Source: an uncultured Gaiellaceae bacterium (GTDB lineage Bacteria > Actinomycetota > Thermoleophilia > Gaiellales > Gaiellaceae). From it: 64,000 bases of DNA. Made by a program: the position numbers and the translations under genes. Every line of letters begins with the position of its first letter. Within the stretch, counting starts at the first letter, position 1. Shown here piece after piece: positions 24,794 through 36,507 of the stretch. The DNA is taken from assembly GCA_963842285.1 (NCBI GenBank), contig CAWJFZ010000011.1, forward strand, positions 332,120 to 396,119. Reading direction: 5' to 3'. The notes under the pieces were generated by a model that was given only the letters and a program-made list of their open reading frames with translations, was not told the DNA's origin and searched no databases.

Positions 24794-24873
24794 GCGTCCT
24801 CGTGCGCAAGATGAGCAATCCGCGAGAGCGGATCTTATGCGCTCTGAGCGGCCGCTTCGCAGCGACGCGACGG

Positions 24874-25460
24874 TCAGCGTGACTGCAGCGCGTCGAGCGC
24901 GGTCCCGAGCGCGATCGCCAGCCGCCGGTCGATCGTCCGCTCGGTGTCGCCGGAGAGGTCGAGATCGTAGGTGTCCCGGTAGCCGAGCCGCCGGTTCATG
25001 TCGCCGAAGTGCGTGCCGTCCGCATCGATCGTGAAGTGGAACGGGATCGGCACGAAGTCGCCGTACGGCACGATGTCGATCAGCCGGCGGATCACCGCGA
25101 CCGCGACCGAGCGCTCCTGCGCGACCGCCGACCTGCTGCTCCTCCGCGTTCATGATCGACCAGGTCGAGCGGAAGAGCGACTTGCCGAACACCTTGCCGA
25201 GGACGCCGATCTTCTCCCCGGCCGGGCGTGGTCACGTCGTAGCGACTGCTGAACTCCATCAGCGACCGCGCCTTGATCCGGAACAGCTCCTCGGTCTGCC
25301 CCTCGTCGGCGTAGAAGCGGATGTCCTCCTTCACCGCGAGCTTCTTCTGGCGCACGAACGCGACCGGCGTGCCGTCGGTGGAGATCCGGTAGAGGTTGGC
25401 CATGGGCCGGATCAGCTGGTCGATCACGAACCGATCCGCGCTCTGCCAGTCGGAGATCAC
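24874..25460 (-). CDS. Scramblase / LURP1-like (tubby-fold) family protein
   Basis: ORF fragments 25092..25460, a middle piece ([28 protein letters not shown]) and 24874..25095 join into ~195 aa. The pattern is [41 protein letters not shown] ... [20 protein letters not shown]. There are two frame changes. Confidence 0.6.
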
Positions 25461-25529
25461 GCGGCGATGGTACGCGGCTCGTTAGAGTTGCGGCGTCGGT
25501 CCACACTCGACGGGGGTACGCACGCGACC

Positions 25530-26577
25530 ATGGCGGTACGGGAAGCCGAGCCGGTCGGCTCGCTCCAGGAAGTGAAGGAGGCGGGCCTCGATCGCGAGGA
25601 CCTGCTCGGCATCTACCGCAACATGCTGGTCACGCGCGGGATCGAGGAGCGCGGGCACATCCTCTACAAGCAGGGGAAGATCCCCGGCTCGTTCTACACC
25701 GGGCGCGGGAACGAGGGCGCGGCCGTCGGTGTCGCGACCGCGATGGGGCCGAACGACGTCGGCACGCCGCTGCACCGTGACATGGGCGTCCACGTCACGC
25801 GCGGGGTCGAGCCCTGGCGGATCTTCGCGCAGTACATGGGTCGCGAGGACGGGCCCGACGCGCGGCCGCGACGGCAACGTGCACATGGCCGACGCGCGCC
25901 TCGGGCTGATCGCGATGGTCAGCCACCTCCCGGCGATGCTGCCGGTCGCGGTGGGATGCGCGCTCGCCTTCCGGATCCGGCGAGGAGACGCCGCGTCGCG
26001 GTCGGCTGGTGCGGCGAGGGAGCCGCCGCGCGCGGCGACGCGCACGAGGCGATGAACTTCGCCGGCGTCCGCCGGCTGCCGGTCGTCTTCGTCTGCGACA
26101 ACAACCAGTGGGCGTACTCGACCCCGACCCACCTCGCTACGCCGGTCGAGCACCTCGCCGACCGGGCCGCGGCCTACGGCTTCGAGGGCGTCGTCGTCGA
26201 CGGCACCGACGTGCTCGCCGTCTACCGCGAGGCGAAGCTGGCGATCGAGAAGGCGCGCGAGGGCGGCGGGCCGACGCTGATCGAGTCCAGACGCTGCGCA
26301 TGGAGGGCCACGCCGTCCACGACGACGCGTTCTACGTCCCCAAGGAGCTGTTCGAGGAGTGGGCGAAGCGCGACCCGCATCGAGCGCTTCCGCGGCTGGC
26401 TGCGCGACAACGCCGAGCTGCCCGACGAGGAGGAGGACGAGATCGCGGCCGGCGTCAAGAGGATCCTGAACGACGCGATCGCGCGCGCCGACGAGTCGCC
26501 GCTGCCCGATCCCGCCACGCTCGCTCGAGGGCGTGTACGCGACGCCCGAGGACCTCGACACGCCTCACCACAAGTAG
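25530..26577 (+). CDS. 2-oxoacid dehydrogenase E1 component, alpha subunit (TPP-dependent)
   Basis: ATG 25530. [79 protein letters not shown] and [12 protein letters not shown] are present. There are at least five frame changes. The substrate (pyruvate or branched-chain 2-oxoacid) cannot be decided from sequence. Confidence 0.9.
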
Positions 26578-26579
26578 CC

Positions 26580-27561
26580 ATGGCACGTGATAGACCTACC
26601 TGCAGGCGATCTCGCGACGGGCTCCGGCAGGAGATGCGACGCGACGAGCGCGTGTTCGTGATCGGCGAGGACGTCGGCGTCTACGGCGGCGCGTTCAAGG
26701 TGACGCTCGGCTTCCAGGAGGAGTTCGGCCCCTGGCGCGTGCTCGACACGCCGCTCTCCGAGACCGCGATCATGGGCGGTGCTACGGGCGCCGCGATGAT
26801 GGGGATGCGGCCCGTCGCCGAGATGCAGTTCGCCGACTTCGTCTCCTGCGCGCTGGGATCACCTCGTCACCGTCGCCGCCGAAGCAGCGCTTCCGCGCCG
26901 GCACGCCGATCCCGATCGTGGTGCGGCTGCCCTCGGGCGGCGGCTTCTCGGGCGGCCCGTTCCACTCGCAGAACCCGGAGAGCTCGTTCGCGCACATCCC
27001 GGGTCTGAAGTGCGTCTGCCCGGCGACGCCCGAGGACGCGAAGGGCCTGCTGGTCAGCTGCGATCGAGGATCCGAACCCCGTGCTCTTCTTCGAGCACAA
27101 GCACCTCTACCGCCGGATCAAGGGCGAGGTGCCCGACGAGCGCTACACCGATGCCGATCGGCAAGGCGCGCATCCACCGCGAGGGCGACGAGATCTCGCT
27201 GATCACCTGGGGCGCGATGGTCTACACCGCCGAGGAGGCCGCGAAGGAGCTGGAGCAGCAGGACGTCTCGGTCGAGATCGTCGACCTGCGCACGGTGATG
27301 CCGTGGGACCGCGAGGCGGTGCTCGCCAGCGTGCGCAAGTGCTCCAAGGTGCTCGTGCTGCACGAGGACACCCGCACCGGCGGCTTCGGCGCCGAGATCG
27401 CGGCCACGATCGCCGAGGAGGCGTTCGAGGATCTCGACGCGCCGGTGAAGCGGATCGCCGCCCCGGACGGTCCGGTGCCCTTCTCGCCCGTGCTCGAGAA
27501 GGCGTTCATCCCGCAGGTCGACGACGTCGTCGCAGGGCTGCGAGAGCTCGCCGCGTACTAG
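26580..27561 (+). CDS. 2-oxoacid dehydrogenase E1 component, beta subunit
   Basis: ATG follows the E1alpha stop directly. [79 protein letters not shown] and [26 protein letters not shown] are present. There are about four frame changes. Confidence 0.92.
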
Positions 27562-27570
27562 GAGGAGACA

Positions 27571-29069
27571 ATGGCCACGGACACGCAGATCGACGTCGTC
27601 ATGCCGCAGATGGGCGTCTCCGTCTCCGAGGGGACGATCACGAAGTGGCTGAAGCAGGAGGGCGAGGCGATCGCCGCCGACGAGAGCGCTGCTCGAGATC
27701 TCGACCGACAAGGTCGACACCGAGGTGCCGAGCCCGGGCGAGGGCGTCGTGGCGAAGATCCTCGTCCAGGAGGGCGAGACGGTCGAGGTCGGCACGGTGC
27801 TCGCGGTGATCGCGCCCGAAGGCGCCGCAGGTCGAGGCTCCTGCCGAAGCGCCGCCCGAGCCGGCCACCCAGCAGGCGGCGGACGCCTCGGAGGCGGCCG
27901 CGACCGAGGGCGCTGCGGCCGAGCCGGCCGCGCCGCGAGCCCGCGCAGCCGCAGGCCGAGCCGACGCCGGCGCCGCCGCTGCCGTGCTGCCGCAGCCGGG
28001 TCCGAGAACGGCCGCACGTTCGTCTCGCCCGTCGTCGCGCGGATCGCGTCCGAGCACGGCGTCGACCCGAGCCAGGTGCAGGGCACCGGGCAGGGCGGCC
28101 GCGTGACGAAGAAGGACATCCTCGCGTTCATCGAGGGCGGTGGCGCGCAGGCCGCGGCACCGGCGCAGCAGGCACCGCCAGCTCCGCCCGCACCCGAGCC
28201 GCACCGCAGCCCGCTGCGCAGGCCCCGCCGGCAGCACCTCCGCGCCGGCGCCGGCAGCCGCCGCGGCACCGGCCGCTCCGCCACAGGCCGCGCCCGCAGC
28301 GCCTCCGGCTGCCCCGAAGCCCGCGCCGGCGCCGGTCGCGCAGGCAGGCCTGACTCCGGGCGAGGCCGAGGAGCCGATGACCGCGATGCGCCGGGGCATC
28401 GCCGAGCACATGCGCCGCTCGCTCGACACCTCGGCGCACGTCACGAGCGCGATCGAGGTCGACATGTCCAAGGTGGTCGCGATCCGCGGCAAGCTGAAGA
28501 AGGAGTACGAGGCCGCGTACGGCGTCAACCCGACGTACCTCTCCTTCATCGCGCGCGCGACGGTGGAGACGCTGCGCGAGTACCCGTGGATCAACGGCGA
28601 GATCCGCGGCGACAAGATCGTCACGCGCAACTTCGTCAATCTCGGCTTCGCCGTCGAGCTCGCGGACGGCAAGGGCCTGATCGTCCCCGTGGTCAAGAAC
28701 ACCGAGGGCCTGAACCTGCTCGGGATGGCCCGCGCGGTCACGGAGATCGCCCAGCGGGCGCGCGACAAGAAGCTGATCCCGGACGACGTCCAGGGCGGCA
28801 CCTTCACGATCACGAACCCCGGCGGCTACGGCACCTTCCACGGCACGCCGGTGATCAGCCAGCCGCAGGCGGGCATCCTCGGCACCTATGCGGTCGTCAA
28901 GCGCCCCTGGGTCGTGCAGGACGAGCTCGGCCAGGACGTGATCGCGATCCGGCCGATCATGAACCTGACGCTCACGTACGACCACCGACTGGTCGACGGC
29001 GCGCTCGCCGGCCGCTTCCTGCGCGACCTGCGCGGGCGGCTCGAGAGCTGGGGCGAAAGCGACTACTAG
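27571..29069 (+). CDS. Dihydrolipoamide acyltransferase (E2)
   Basis: The protein has a lipoyl domain (VVMPQMGVSVSEGTITKWLKQEGE ... EISTDKVDTEVPSP), a subunit-binding domain (FVSPVVARIASEHGVDPSQVQGTGQGGRVTKKDI), Ala/Pro linkers and a catalytic domain (LTLTYDHRLVDGA). Several frame changes fall inside the linkers. Confidence 0.92.
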
Positions 29070-29070
29070 C

Positions 29071-29253
29071 GTCCTCACCACCGTCTCGACGGAGCAGGAG
29101 GCCGTGATGGTGTGCGGCCTGCTCGAGACCGCCGGGATCGCATCCGACCGCCGGGTGACGCAGTCGGGAACGAAGTTCGGCGGGGCCTACGACGTGCTCG
29201 TCAGCCCGGAGGACCTGGAGGCGGCGCAGACGCTGATCGCGAGCGGCGAGTGA
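29071..29253 (+). CDS. Small DUF2007-like protein (putative signal-transducing fold)
   Basis: The frame reads VLTTVSTEQEAVMVCGLLETAGIASDRRV...AYDVLVSPEDLEAAQTLIASGE*. No canonical start codon is seen at the expected N-terminus, so there may be an indel next to the E2 stop. Confidence 0.4.
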   Translation, partial: VLTTVSTEQEAVMVCGLLETAGIASDRRVTQSGTKFGGAYDVLVSPEDLEAAQTLIASGE

Positions 29254-29267
29254 AGGGCGCCTACGTG

Positions 29268-30043
29268 ATGAACCTCGGCCTCGTGCCCTATCGCGAGGCC
29301 TGGGAGCTGCAGCAGTCGGTGGCGGGGGCGGTCTCGCAGGGGGCGATCCCGGACACGATCCTGCTGCTCGAGCATCCGCCCGTCGTCACCCTGGGGCGGC
29401 GAACCGACGACGGTGAGCTGCACGTCCCGGAGGACGCCGAGGTCGAGCTCGTGGAGACGAACCGCGGCGGGAAGTCGACCTTCCACGGCCCCGGCCAGCT
29501 CGTCTGCTACCCGATCCTCGACCTGCGCCGGCACGGCCAGGACGTGAAGCGCTACTGCCGCGACCTCGAGGAGGCGCTGATCCGGACGCTCGCGACGCGT
29601 GGAGGTCGAAGGCGAGCGGATCGAGGGGCTCACCGGCGTCTGGCTGACGCGCCCGCCGCGGAAGATCGCCAGCGATCGGGATCCACATCTCGCGCTGGGT
29701 GACGACGCACGGCTACGCGCTCAACGTCGATCTCGACCCGGCACCGTTCACCCAGTGGATCACCGCCTGCGGGCTCGAGGACGCCGCGTTCACGACGATC
29801 GCGCGCGAGCTCGGCCGGCCGGTGACGGTGGACGAGGTGCGGCCGCACGCGCTCGAGGCGCTCGCGGAGGTCTTCGAGCTCGAGCTGGAGGAGCTGCCCG
29901 CCGACGCGGGTCACGGGCTGTGGCCCCAGCCCGTGCACGCGCAGCTCGCCGCCGAAGTAACGGTCCGCTACCCCGGTTCGACGCGTCGGTTCGCGTCGCG
30001 CCACGCCGGCACGAACAGCGGGCTCAGCGTGCACGCGAGGTAG
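29268..30043 (+). CDS. lipB: Octanoyltransferase LipB
   Basis: MNLGLVPYREAWELQQ ... LLLEHPPVVTLGRR ... ETNRGGKSTFHGPGQLVCYPILDL ... KIASIGIHISRWVTTHGYALNV. There are two frame changes (near 29600 and 29690). The 3' end is uncertain and overlaps the convergent MFS gene. Confidence 0.88.
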
Positions 30044-31186
30044 ACGGTGCCGAAGATGAGGAACGTCTCCTGCAGGCCGACGAGCTCGACGAGGCCCGCG
30101 CCGAGCAGTGCGCCGATCGGCGCCCCCGCCATCACGCCCGCGCTGACGCGCGCCGAAGACGCGGGCCCGAAGCCGCTCGGGCACGCGCTCGTACTGGAGC
30201 GTGCCGAGGATCGGGTTGATCGGGCCGATCCCGGTCCCGGCGATCGCGAAGCCGATGATCGCCGGTCCGGCGCCCGGCATCGCCGCGAGCAGGAAGAACC
30301 GCGTCGGCCCGCCGAGCGTGAAGCCGACGACGAGCGTCGACACGCGCGGCAGGCGGTGCCCGATCCAGGCGAAGACGAGCGTCCCCAGAAAGGCCGTGGG
30401 GCCCATTGCGCCGCTCATCAGCCCGAGCGCGACCACGCTGTCGAGGACGCTGTCCGCGTAGACGGGGAGCAGCACACCGCCCATCGCCGCATCGAGCATG
30501 TTCGTGATCAGGACCATCACGACCATCGCCCGCACGATCGGCGTGCGCCAGAGGAAGGCGAACCCCTCCCGCAGCTGCGTGAGGTAGCGCTCGGGGCTCA
30601 CTTCGTCGTGCTTCGGCTCGGGCGACGGGACGAACGCGCGCATCAGGAGCGCCGAGACGGCGAAGGTCGCCGCGTCGAGGATGAGCACGTTCGTGGGCCC
30701 GAGCACGGCGATCAGGATCCCGGAGAGCGGCGCGCCCAGCATGCTCGCGGCACGTGAGACACCGTCGTGCAGGCTCGTGCCGCGCTCGAGCGTCGTCCCC
30801 GCCTTCTTGACGAGGTCGGGGAGGATCGCCTCGCGCGCGGTCTGCCCGGGCGCGTCGAGCAGCGCGCCGGCGAAGACGAGCGCCAGCAGCGCCGCCAGCG
30901 GCAGCCCGACGGTGTGGTAGAGCAGCGGGATGCAGAGCACCGAGGCGCCGCTCGCGAGGTCGGCGACGACGCTCGCCCGCCGGTAGCCGAGCCGGTCGAC
31001 GATCACGCCGCCGAGCGCCGAGGAGAGGACGAAGGGCAGCAGCGAGAAGAAGGCGACGAGCCCCGTCTGCCCGACGCTGCCCGTCGACTGGAGCACGAAC
31101 CAGGGGATGGCCAGGCTGGTCAGGCGGTTGCCCGTGATCGAGATCGCCTCGGACGCGAGCAGCGCCGCGAGGGGCACCCTGGTCAC
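29968..31186 (-). CDS. MFS transporter
   Basis: GTG 31186. There are 12-TMS-like hydrophobic segments (GNRLTSLAIPWFVLQSTGS, GGVIVDRLGYRR). The frame changes near 30165, and the C-terminus reads LIFGTVYLACTLSPLFVPAWRDANRRVEPG*. Confidence 0.8.
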
Positions 31187-31222
31187 CGCGCAACCCTAAC
31201 GAGCGTCACTAGACTGGCCGCG

Positions 31223-32147
31223 ATGGAGAGCTCGCTTCCCGTCGCCGAACGGCCGCGCCGCCCCGAGTGGATGAAGGTCCGCGCCCCGAGCGCCGAACGA
31301 CCGCTACTTCGACGTCCGGAAGCTGATCCACGGCGCGGGCCTGAACACGATCTGCGAGGAGGCCCGCTGCCCGAACATCGCCGAGTGCTGGGGGCGCGGC
31401 ACCGCCACGTTCCAGATCCTCGGCGACACGTGCACGCGCGCCTGCCGCTACTGCTACGTCCACTCCGGCCGGCCGGAGCACGCCGCCCGACCCGCTCGAG
31501 CCGCTGAAGCTCGCCCAGACCGCCTTCCAGATGGGCCTGAAGCACGTCGTCGTCACGTCCGTCGACCGCGACGACGTCCCCGACCGCGGCGCCGGCCACT
31601 ACGCGGCCACGATCAGAGCGCTGAAGGCGAAGCTGCCCGACTGCTCGGTCGAGGTGCTGACGCCCGACTTCCTCGGCGTCGAGGAGGAGGCGCTCGCCAC
31701 GGTGCTCGCCGCGCGCCCGGAGGTCTTCAACCACAACATCGAGACCGTCCGCCGCCTGCACCGGCGCGATGCGCGGGGCGCAAGGCCGACTACGACCGGG
31801 CGCTCTGGCTGCTCCGGCGCGCGAAGGAGGTCGCGGACTACCGGGTGCTGACGAAGTCCGGGATCATCGTCGGCCTCGGCGAGACGAACGACGAGATCGT
31901 GGAGACGATGCGCGACCTGCGCGCCAACGGCGTCGACGTGGTCACGATCGGCCAGTACCTGCAGCCGTCGGCGAAGCACGCGCCGATCGACCGGTGGGTG
32001 CACCCGGACGAGTTCCGCTGGCTGCGCGAGCAGGGCGAGGAGCTCGGCTTCGGCTCGGTCTTCGCCGGTCCGCTCGTCCGCTCGAGCTACCGCGCCGACG
32101 AGCAGCGCCACGCCGCCGAGACCGGCCGCGGCGCCGTCGCCTACTGA
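31223..32147 (+). CDS. lipA: Lipoyl synthase LipA (radical SAM)
   Basis: [45 protein letters not shown] (both Cys clusters), [26 protein letters not shown] and TIGQYLQPS are present. There are about three frame changes. Confidence 0.93.
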
Positions 32148-32172
32148 CCGCCGCCCATGTCGGGCGCCTCGT

Positions 32173-32202
32173 GAGAGGGGCCCGGTTGCCCAGGCCCCTC
32201 TC
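32173..32202. terminator. Hairpin between convergent lipA and metalloprotease genes
   Basis: GAGAGGGGCC-10 nt-GGCCCCTCTC forms a 10-bp stem. Confidence 0.5.
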
Positions 32203-32226
32203 GCTCCCTCCGCCCTCGCTACCGGC

Positions 32227-34453
32227 TCAGCCGCCGGGCTGCAGGACGCCGTTCACCTTCAGCTGGTACGGCGCGTAGGCCGTGATCGACTCCGTCGACT
32301 CGTCGTAGGAGACGATCGCGGCGACGATGGCCGCGTCCTTCTCGAAGAGCGCGTCCGCGCGCCTGCCGACGAAGTCGACCCGAGCCGTGCGTCCGCCCTC
32401 GAGCGTCAGCTGCTCGAGCGAGACGTGCTGGTTCTTCTTCGTGTCGAGCCCGACGATCTGCACGCGTGTAGGACTCGATCGGCGGCGCCGGCGTCGTCCA
32501 GCCGGCGAGCGTGCCGTCGGAGACGAGCGTGCCGCCGACCCTGCACGTCGTCGACCCACCAGCCCGCGCCGCTCTCGTCGGCGTTGTTCCCGAGCTGGAA
32601 CTCGTCCGTCATCATCCGGAACCGCAGCAGGACGGTCTGGCCGGAGTAGGCGGCGAGGTCGAACGTCGTCGTCCTCCAGTCCGAGACGCCGTTGAAGCCC
32701 GGCAGCTCGGCGACGATCGAGCCGAGCGCACCGCCGTCGTGCTCGTCCGTCGTGTCGGCGTTGCCGAGGCTCGTCCAGCGCAGGCCACCGTCCGTGGACA
32801 CCTGCACGACGCCGAAGTCCCAGCCCGTCTCGATGTTGTAGCGCGTGTCGAAGACGAGTGAGCGGTCGCCCGTCGCCGGAACCGAGATCGAGCGGACGAT
32901 CGAGCGGTCGATGTCCGGAGCTGCGCCGGCGGCCAGGATCGCGTCACCCGCCCTCGACGACCGACTGCCATTCCATCGGCGGCGCGGTATGGGCCGCGGG
33001 GCCGACGAACTCGATCGAGCGGATGTCCGTGGCCGCGAGCGGATTGCCCGCCGCGTCCCGGAGCCGCACGTAGTCGGAGCCGTTCGGGGGTGCGCCGGGC
33101 GTCGAGTACGCCTGCGGGTTCTCCCAGTAGATCGCCGCGTGGAGCTCGTCGGCCTGGTAGGTCGCCTCCTTGCGCGCCACGCAGCTTCGCGCCGTCGTCG
33201 ATCGAGCGGTCGAGCGCGACCATCGCGGACCACTCGTGGATCAGCTCACGCGTCGTCTTGCCGGTCAGGTACTTGTCGAGCACGGCCTGGAGGCCTTCGA
33301 GCCCGTTCGCGTCCTCGTTGTGGAAGTCGGTCATGAACGCGTCGCCGTAGCGGCTGTGCAGGAGCTCCATGAACGTCCACGCGGCGCCGTAGTCGGCGAG
33401 CGTCTCGAGCCCGCCCTGGTCGTCCCAGATCGTCAGGGAGTTCTCGGGCCCGCCGAGCGGCTGTGGAATCTGGTTCGCCGGCGTCTGCAGGAGCCTCCAG
33501 CCCAGGAACGTCTGGATGTGGCTGTCCCACGCGGTCTCCTCGATCGTCCGCGCCGGGAAGCCGTACCCCGTGACCGTGATCGCGTAGTCCGCGAGGCCCT
33601 CGTTCACCCACGTCGCCTCACCGGGGCTCGCCCAGAACTCGAGCAGGTGCTGGTACTCGTGCGCGAAGACGCCCTCGTACTTGAACGGCTGCGCCGGGCG
33701 GTTCTGGCACAGCACCGTCGAGGGCTCGTTCGGCGGGTTCGGGCCCGTGCGGTGCGCCCAGTCGTACGAGTCGATCGACATCACGTTCCGGTTCACGAAC
33801 GCGTTGATGTCGGAGGAGTGGTAGCCCGCGACGTACGACGGGAAGTTGATGTCCAGGTAGTTCTCGTCCTGGAAGTTCGCGATCAGCGTCACGATCTTGT
33901 CGCCGGGCCCCTTGAAGTAGCCCTCGGGGAAGAGCGCCGGGGCGATGTCCTCGAGCTCCGCGTCCGTCCCGTCGCGACTCGGAGGCGAGCTGAACTCCTC
34001 CGTCATCTTCGGGTACATGTTCTCGTCGAACTGCCCGCGCAGGTACGTCGTCTGCGCATCGGTGATCACGTTGCGGACGCCGTCGTTGCGGCAGTCGCCG
34101 GCCGTCGGGTAGTTGAGGTTGTTCGCGACCCAGATCTCGATCTTGTCGCCGACCGCGCGGAGCGTGAAGTTGGCGATGTTGAGCTGGCCCGTGTTGAAGT
34201 TGATCAGCGGCCAGATCTTCACGGTGCCGACCGGCGGGCTCTCCTCCGCGGCCGCCGCGGCCTTCGCCGCAACCGACGGGGCCGGAATCGACGCCGGCAG
34301 ATCCTTGCGCCTCGGCTCCTTCACCTTGACGTCGCGACCCACGTCGATGCTGTCGCCTCTGGGGCCGTTGCCGTGCCCGTTGCCCGCCAGGGCGGCGGTC
34401 GGTATGGCCAAGGCAAGGGCTGCCAGACCGAGCGCAGCCAGTGATTTCCTCAC
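32227..34453 (-). CDS. Secreted zinc metallopeptidase (gluzincin; InhA/M6-like C-terminal region)
   Basis: GTG 34453 with GGAGG upstream and signal peptide VRKSLAALGLAALALAIPTAALA. The zinc site is HEYQHLL...WVNEGLADY (HExxH plus an NEG glutamate). The C-terminal beta-rich region resembles that of the InhA-like gene at 45371. There are at least three frame changes (near 33180, 32945 and 32560). Confidence 0.8.
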
Positions 34454-34566
34454 GTCGTTCCCCTCCCCGTTTCGAACCCGGCCGCGCGGTCGCGGCCCTG
34501 AAGAGTCGCAGCCTAGCTCAATTCGGTTTATCTGCAAAGTTGTTTTGCAAATATCGGAGGTGGGGC

Positions 34567-35477
34567 TCAGCCGGGCCGCACCGCCCGCAGCCGCCGCAGG
34601 ATCCGCCACTGCACGAGACGATCGAGGCCGTCAGCACGAGCATCGACCAGCGTCGCCGCGGCGGCGTAGCCGTAGCGCAGGTACTCGAAGCCCTCGCGGT
34701 AGACGAAGAGGGGCAGGTACGTCGTCGCGTAGGCGGCGGCCCGCCGTCCGTGACGATCAGCGCCGGCACGAAGTTGAGCTGGAAGCTCAGGATCGTGTCG
34801 CGCAGGAAGAGCAGGAGCGAGCACGGGCGCGATGCAGCGGCAGCGTGATCCGCCGGAACACGTCCCACCACGTGCGCGTCCTCGAGCGCCGCGAGCTCGT
34901 AGAGCTCGGCCGGGCACGCGCCTGGCGGGCGACGAGCAGGACGACGAACGCCTCGCCGATCGTGAAGAGGCTCATCAGGATGATCGCCGGCGCGGGCGTC
35001 GTTCGGGTCGGTGAGCCACTGCGGGCGGCAGCCGCCCGAAGAGCGGTCAGCCCGCCCTCGCCGCCGGCGGTGAGCAGGCCGTTGATCGGCCCGTAGAGCG
35101 GATTGAAGAGCCAGAGCCAGAGCAGGCCGTAGGCGATCTCGGGCACGACGGTCGGGAGCATCGCGGCCGACCGCGCGACGCCGACGCCGCGGCACGCGCC
35201 GGTGAAGCAGCAGCGCGAGCCCGAGCGCGGCGAGCAGCCGCAGCGGCGACGCGATCGCCGCGAAGACGAGCGAGTTCACGAGCGCGGTCCGGAAGACCTC
35301 GTCGTCGACGAGCTCGCGGAAGTTGTCGAGGCCGACGAAGCGCGGTGAGCGGACGAGGTCGTAGTCGGTCAGCGCGAGCGCGAAGGTGACCGCGGCCGGG
35401 CACGCCACGAGCGCGACCAGCCCGAGCGCGTACGGCGCGAGCATCAGCGCGAGCTGGCGCCGCTCGCTCACGTCCAC
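34567..35477 (-). CDS. ABC sugar-type transporter permease (MalF/UgpA-like)
   Basis: GTG 35477. LMLAPYALGLVALVACPAAVTFALALTDYDL, LPTVVPEIAYGLLWLWLFNPLYGPING, ELYELAALEDA (EAA loop) and IVTDGGPP are present. There are at least four frame changes. Confidence 0.8.
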
Positions 35478-36507
35478 TCGACGCCGCTCCCCGGTCTCGG
35501 CGTCGAAGAGGTGGAGGTCGGCGCGGCGCGACCGAGACCCGCACGCGTCGCCGCCCGGCGGCCGGCCGCGTCGTCGGCCGGACGCGAGCGACGACGCCGT
35601 CGCCGCCGACGTCGAGGTGGACGAAGGCGTCGCTCCCGACCGACCTCGACGAGCGTCACCTCGCGCGTCGATGCCTCCGCGCCGAGCCGGACGTGCTCTG
35701 GCCGGACGCCGAGCTCGAGCGTCGGCCGGCGGAAGCTCGACGCCGAGCCGGCCGTCCGCCGGGCACGAGGTTCATCGCCGGCGCGCCGACGAAGCCGCGC
35801 GACGAACGCGGTTCGCGGGCTGCGCGCCAGAGCTCGTCGGGCGTCGCCGACCTGCTGCAGCGCGCCCGTCCCGGAGCACGGCGACCCGATCGCCGAGCGC
35901 CGAGCGCCTCGGTCTGGTCGTGCGTGACGTGCACCATCGTGCCCCCGACCCGCTCGTGCAGCAGCTTCAGCTCGGCTCGCATCTGCACGCGCAGCTCGGC
36001 GTCGAGGTTCGAGAGCGGCTCGTCGAGCAGGAAGACGTCCGGCTCGCGGACGAGCGCCCGGGCGAGCGCGACGCGCTGCCGCTCGCCTCCCGAGAGCTCG
36101 CGCGGCCGGCGCGTCGAGCAGCTCGTCGCAGCCGACGAGCGTCGGCGGCCTCGCGCACCCGCTCGCGCGCGTCTCGCCTTGGGCACGTCGCGCACGAGCG
36201 AGCCCGAAGCGCGATGTTCTCGGCCACGGTCAGGTGCGGGAAGAGCGCGTAGCTCTGGAAGACCATCGCCACGTTGCGCCGCCCCGGCGGCGCGGCCGCG
36301 TGACGTCGCGCCCGCCGATCAGGATCCGGCCGGCCGTCGGCCTGCCTCGAGCCCGGCGACGAGGCGCAGCAGCGTCGACTTGCCCGCAGCCCGACGGGCC
36401 GAGGACGACGAGCAACTCGCCGTCGGCGACCTCGAGGTCGAGGCCGTCGAAGCGCCGCGATCGTCGCCGTAGCGCTTGCCGAGCCCCTCGAGCCGCAGGC
36501 CGCTCAA
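35468..36507 (-). CDS. ABC transporter ATP-binding protein (MalK/UgpC-like)
   Basis: TTG 36507 overlaps the SBP stop. [81 protein letters not shown] and a C-terminal regulatory domain ([11 protein letters not shown]) are present. The frame changes many times. Confidence 0.88.

Noticed and set aside
27830-28340. Repetitive GC-rich region with several open frames inside the E2 gene.
   Set aside because: It corresponds to the Ala/Pro-rich inter-domain linkers of E2, flanking the peripheral subunit-binding domain. Frame assignment there is ambiguous, but nothing suggests a separate feature.
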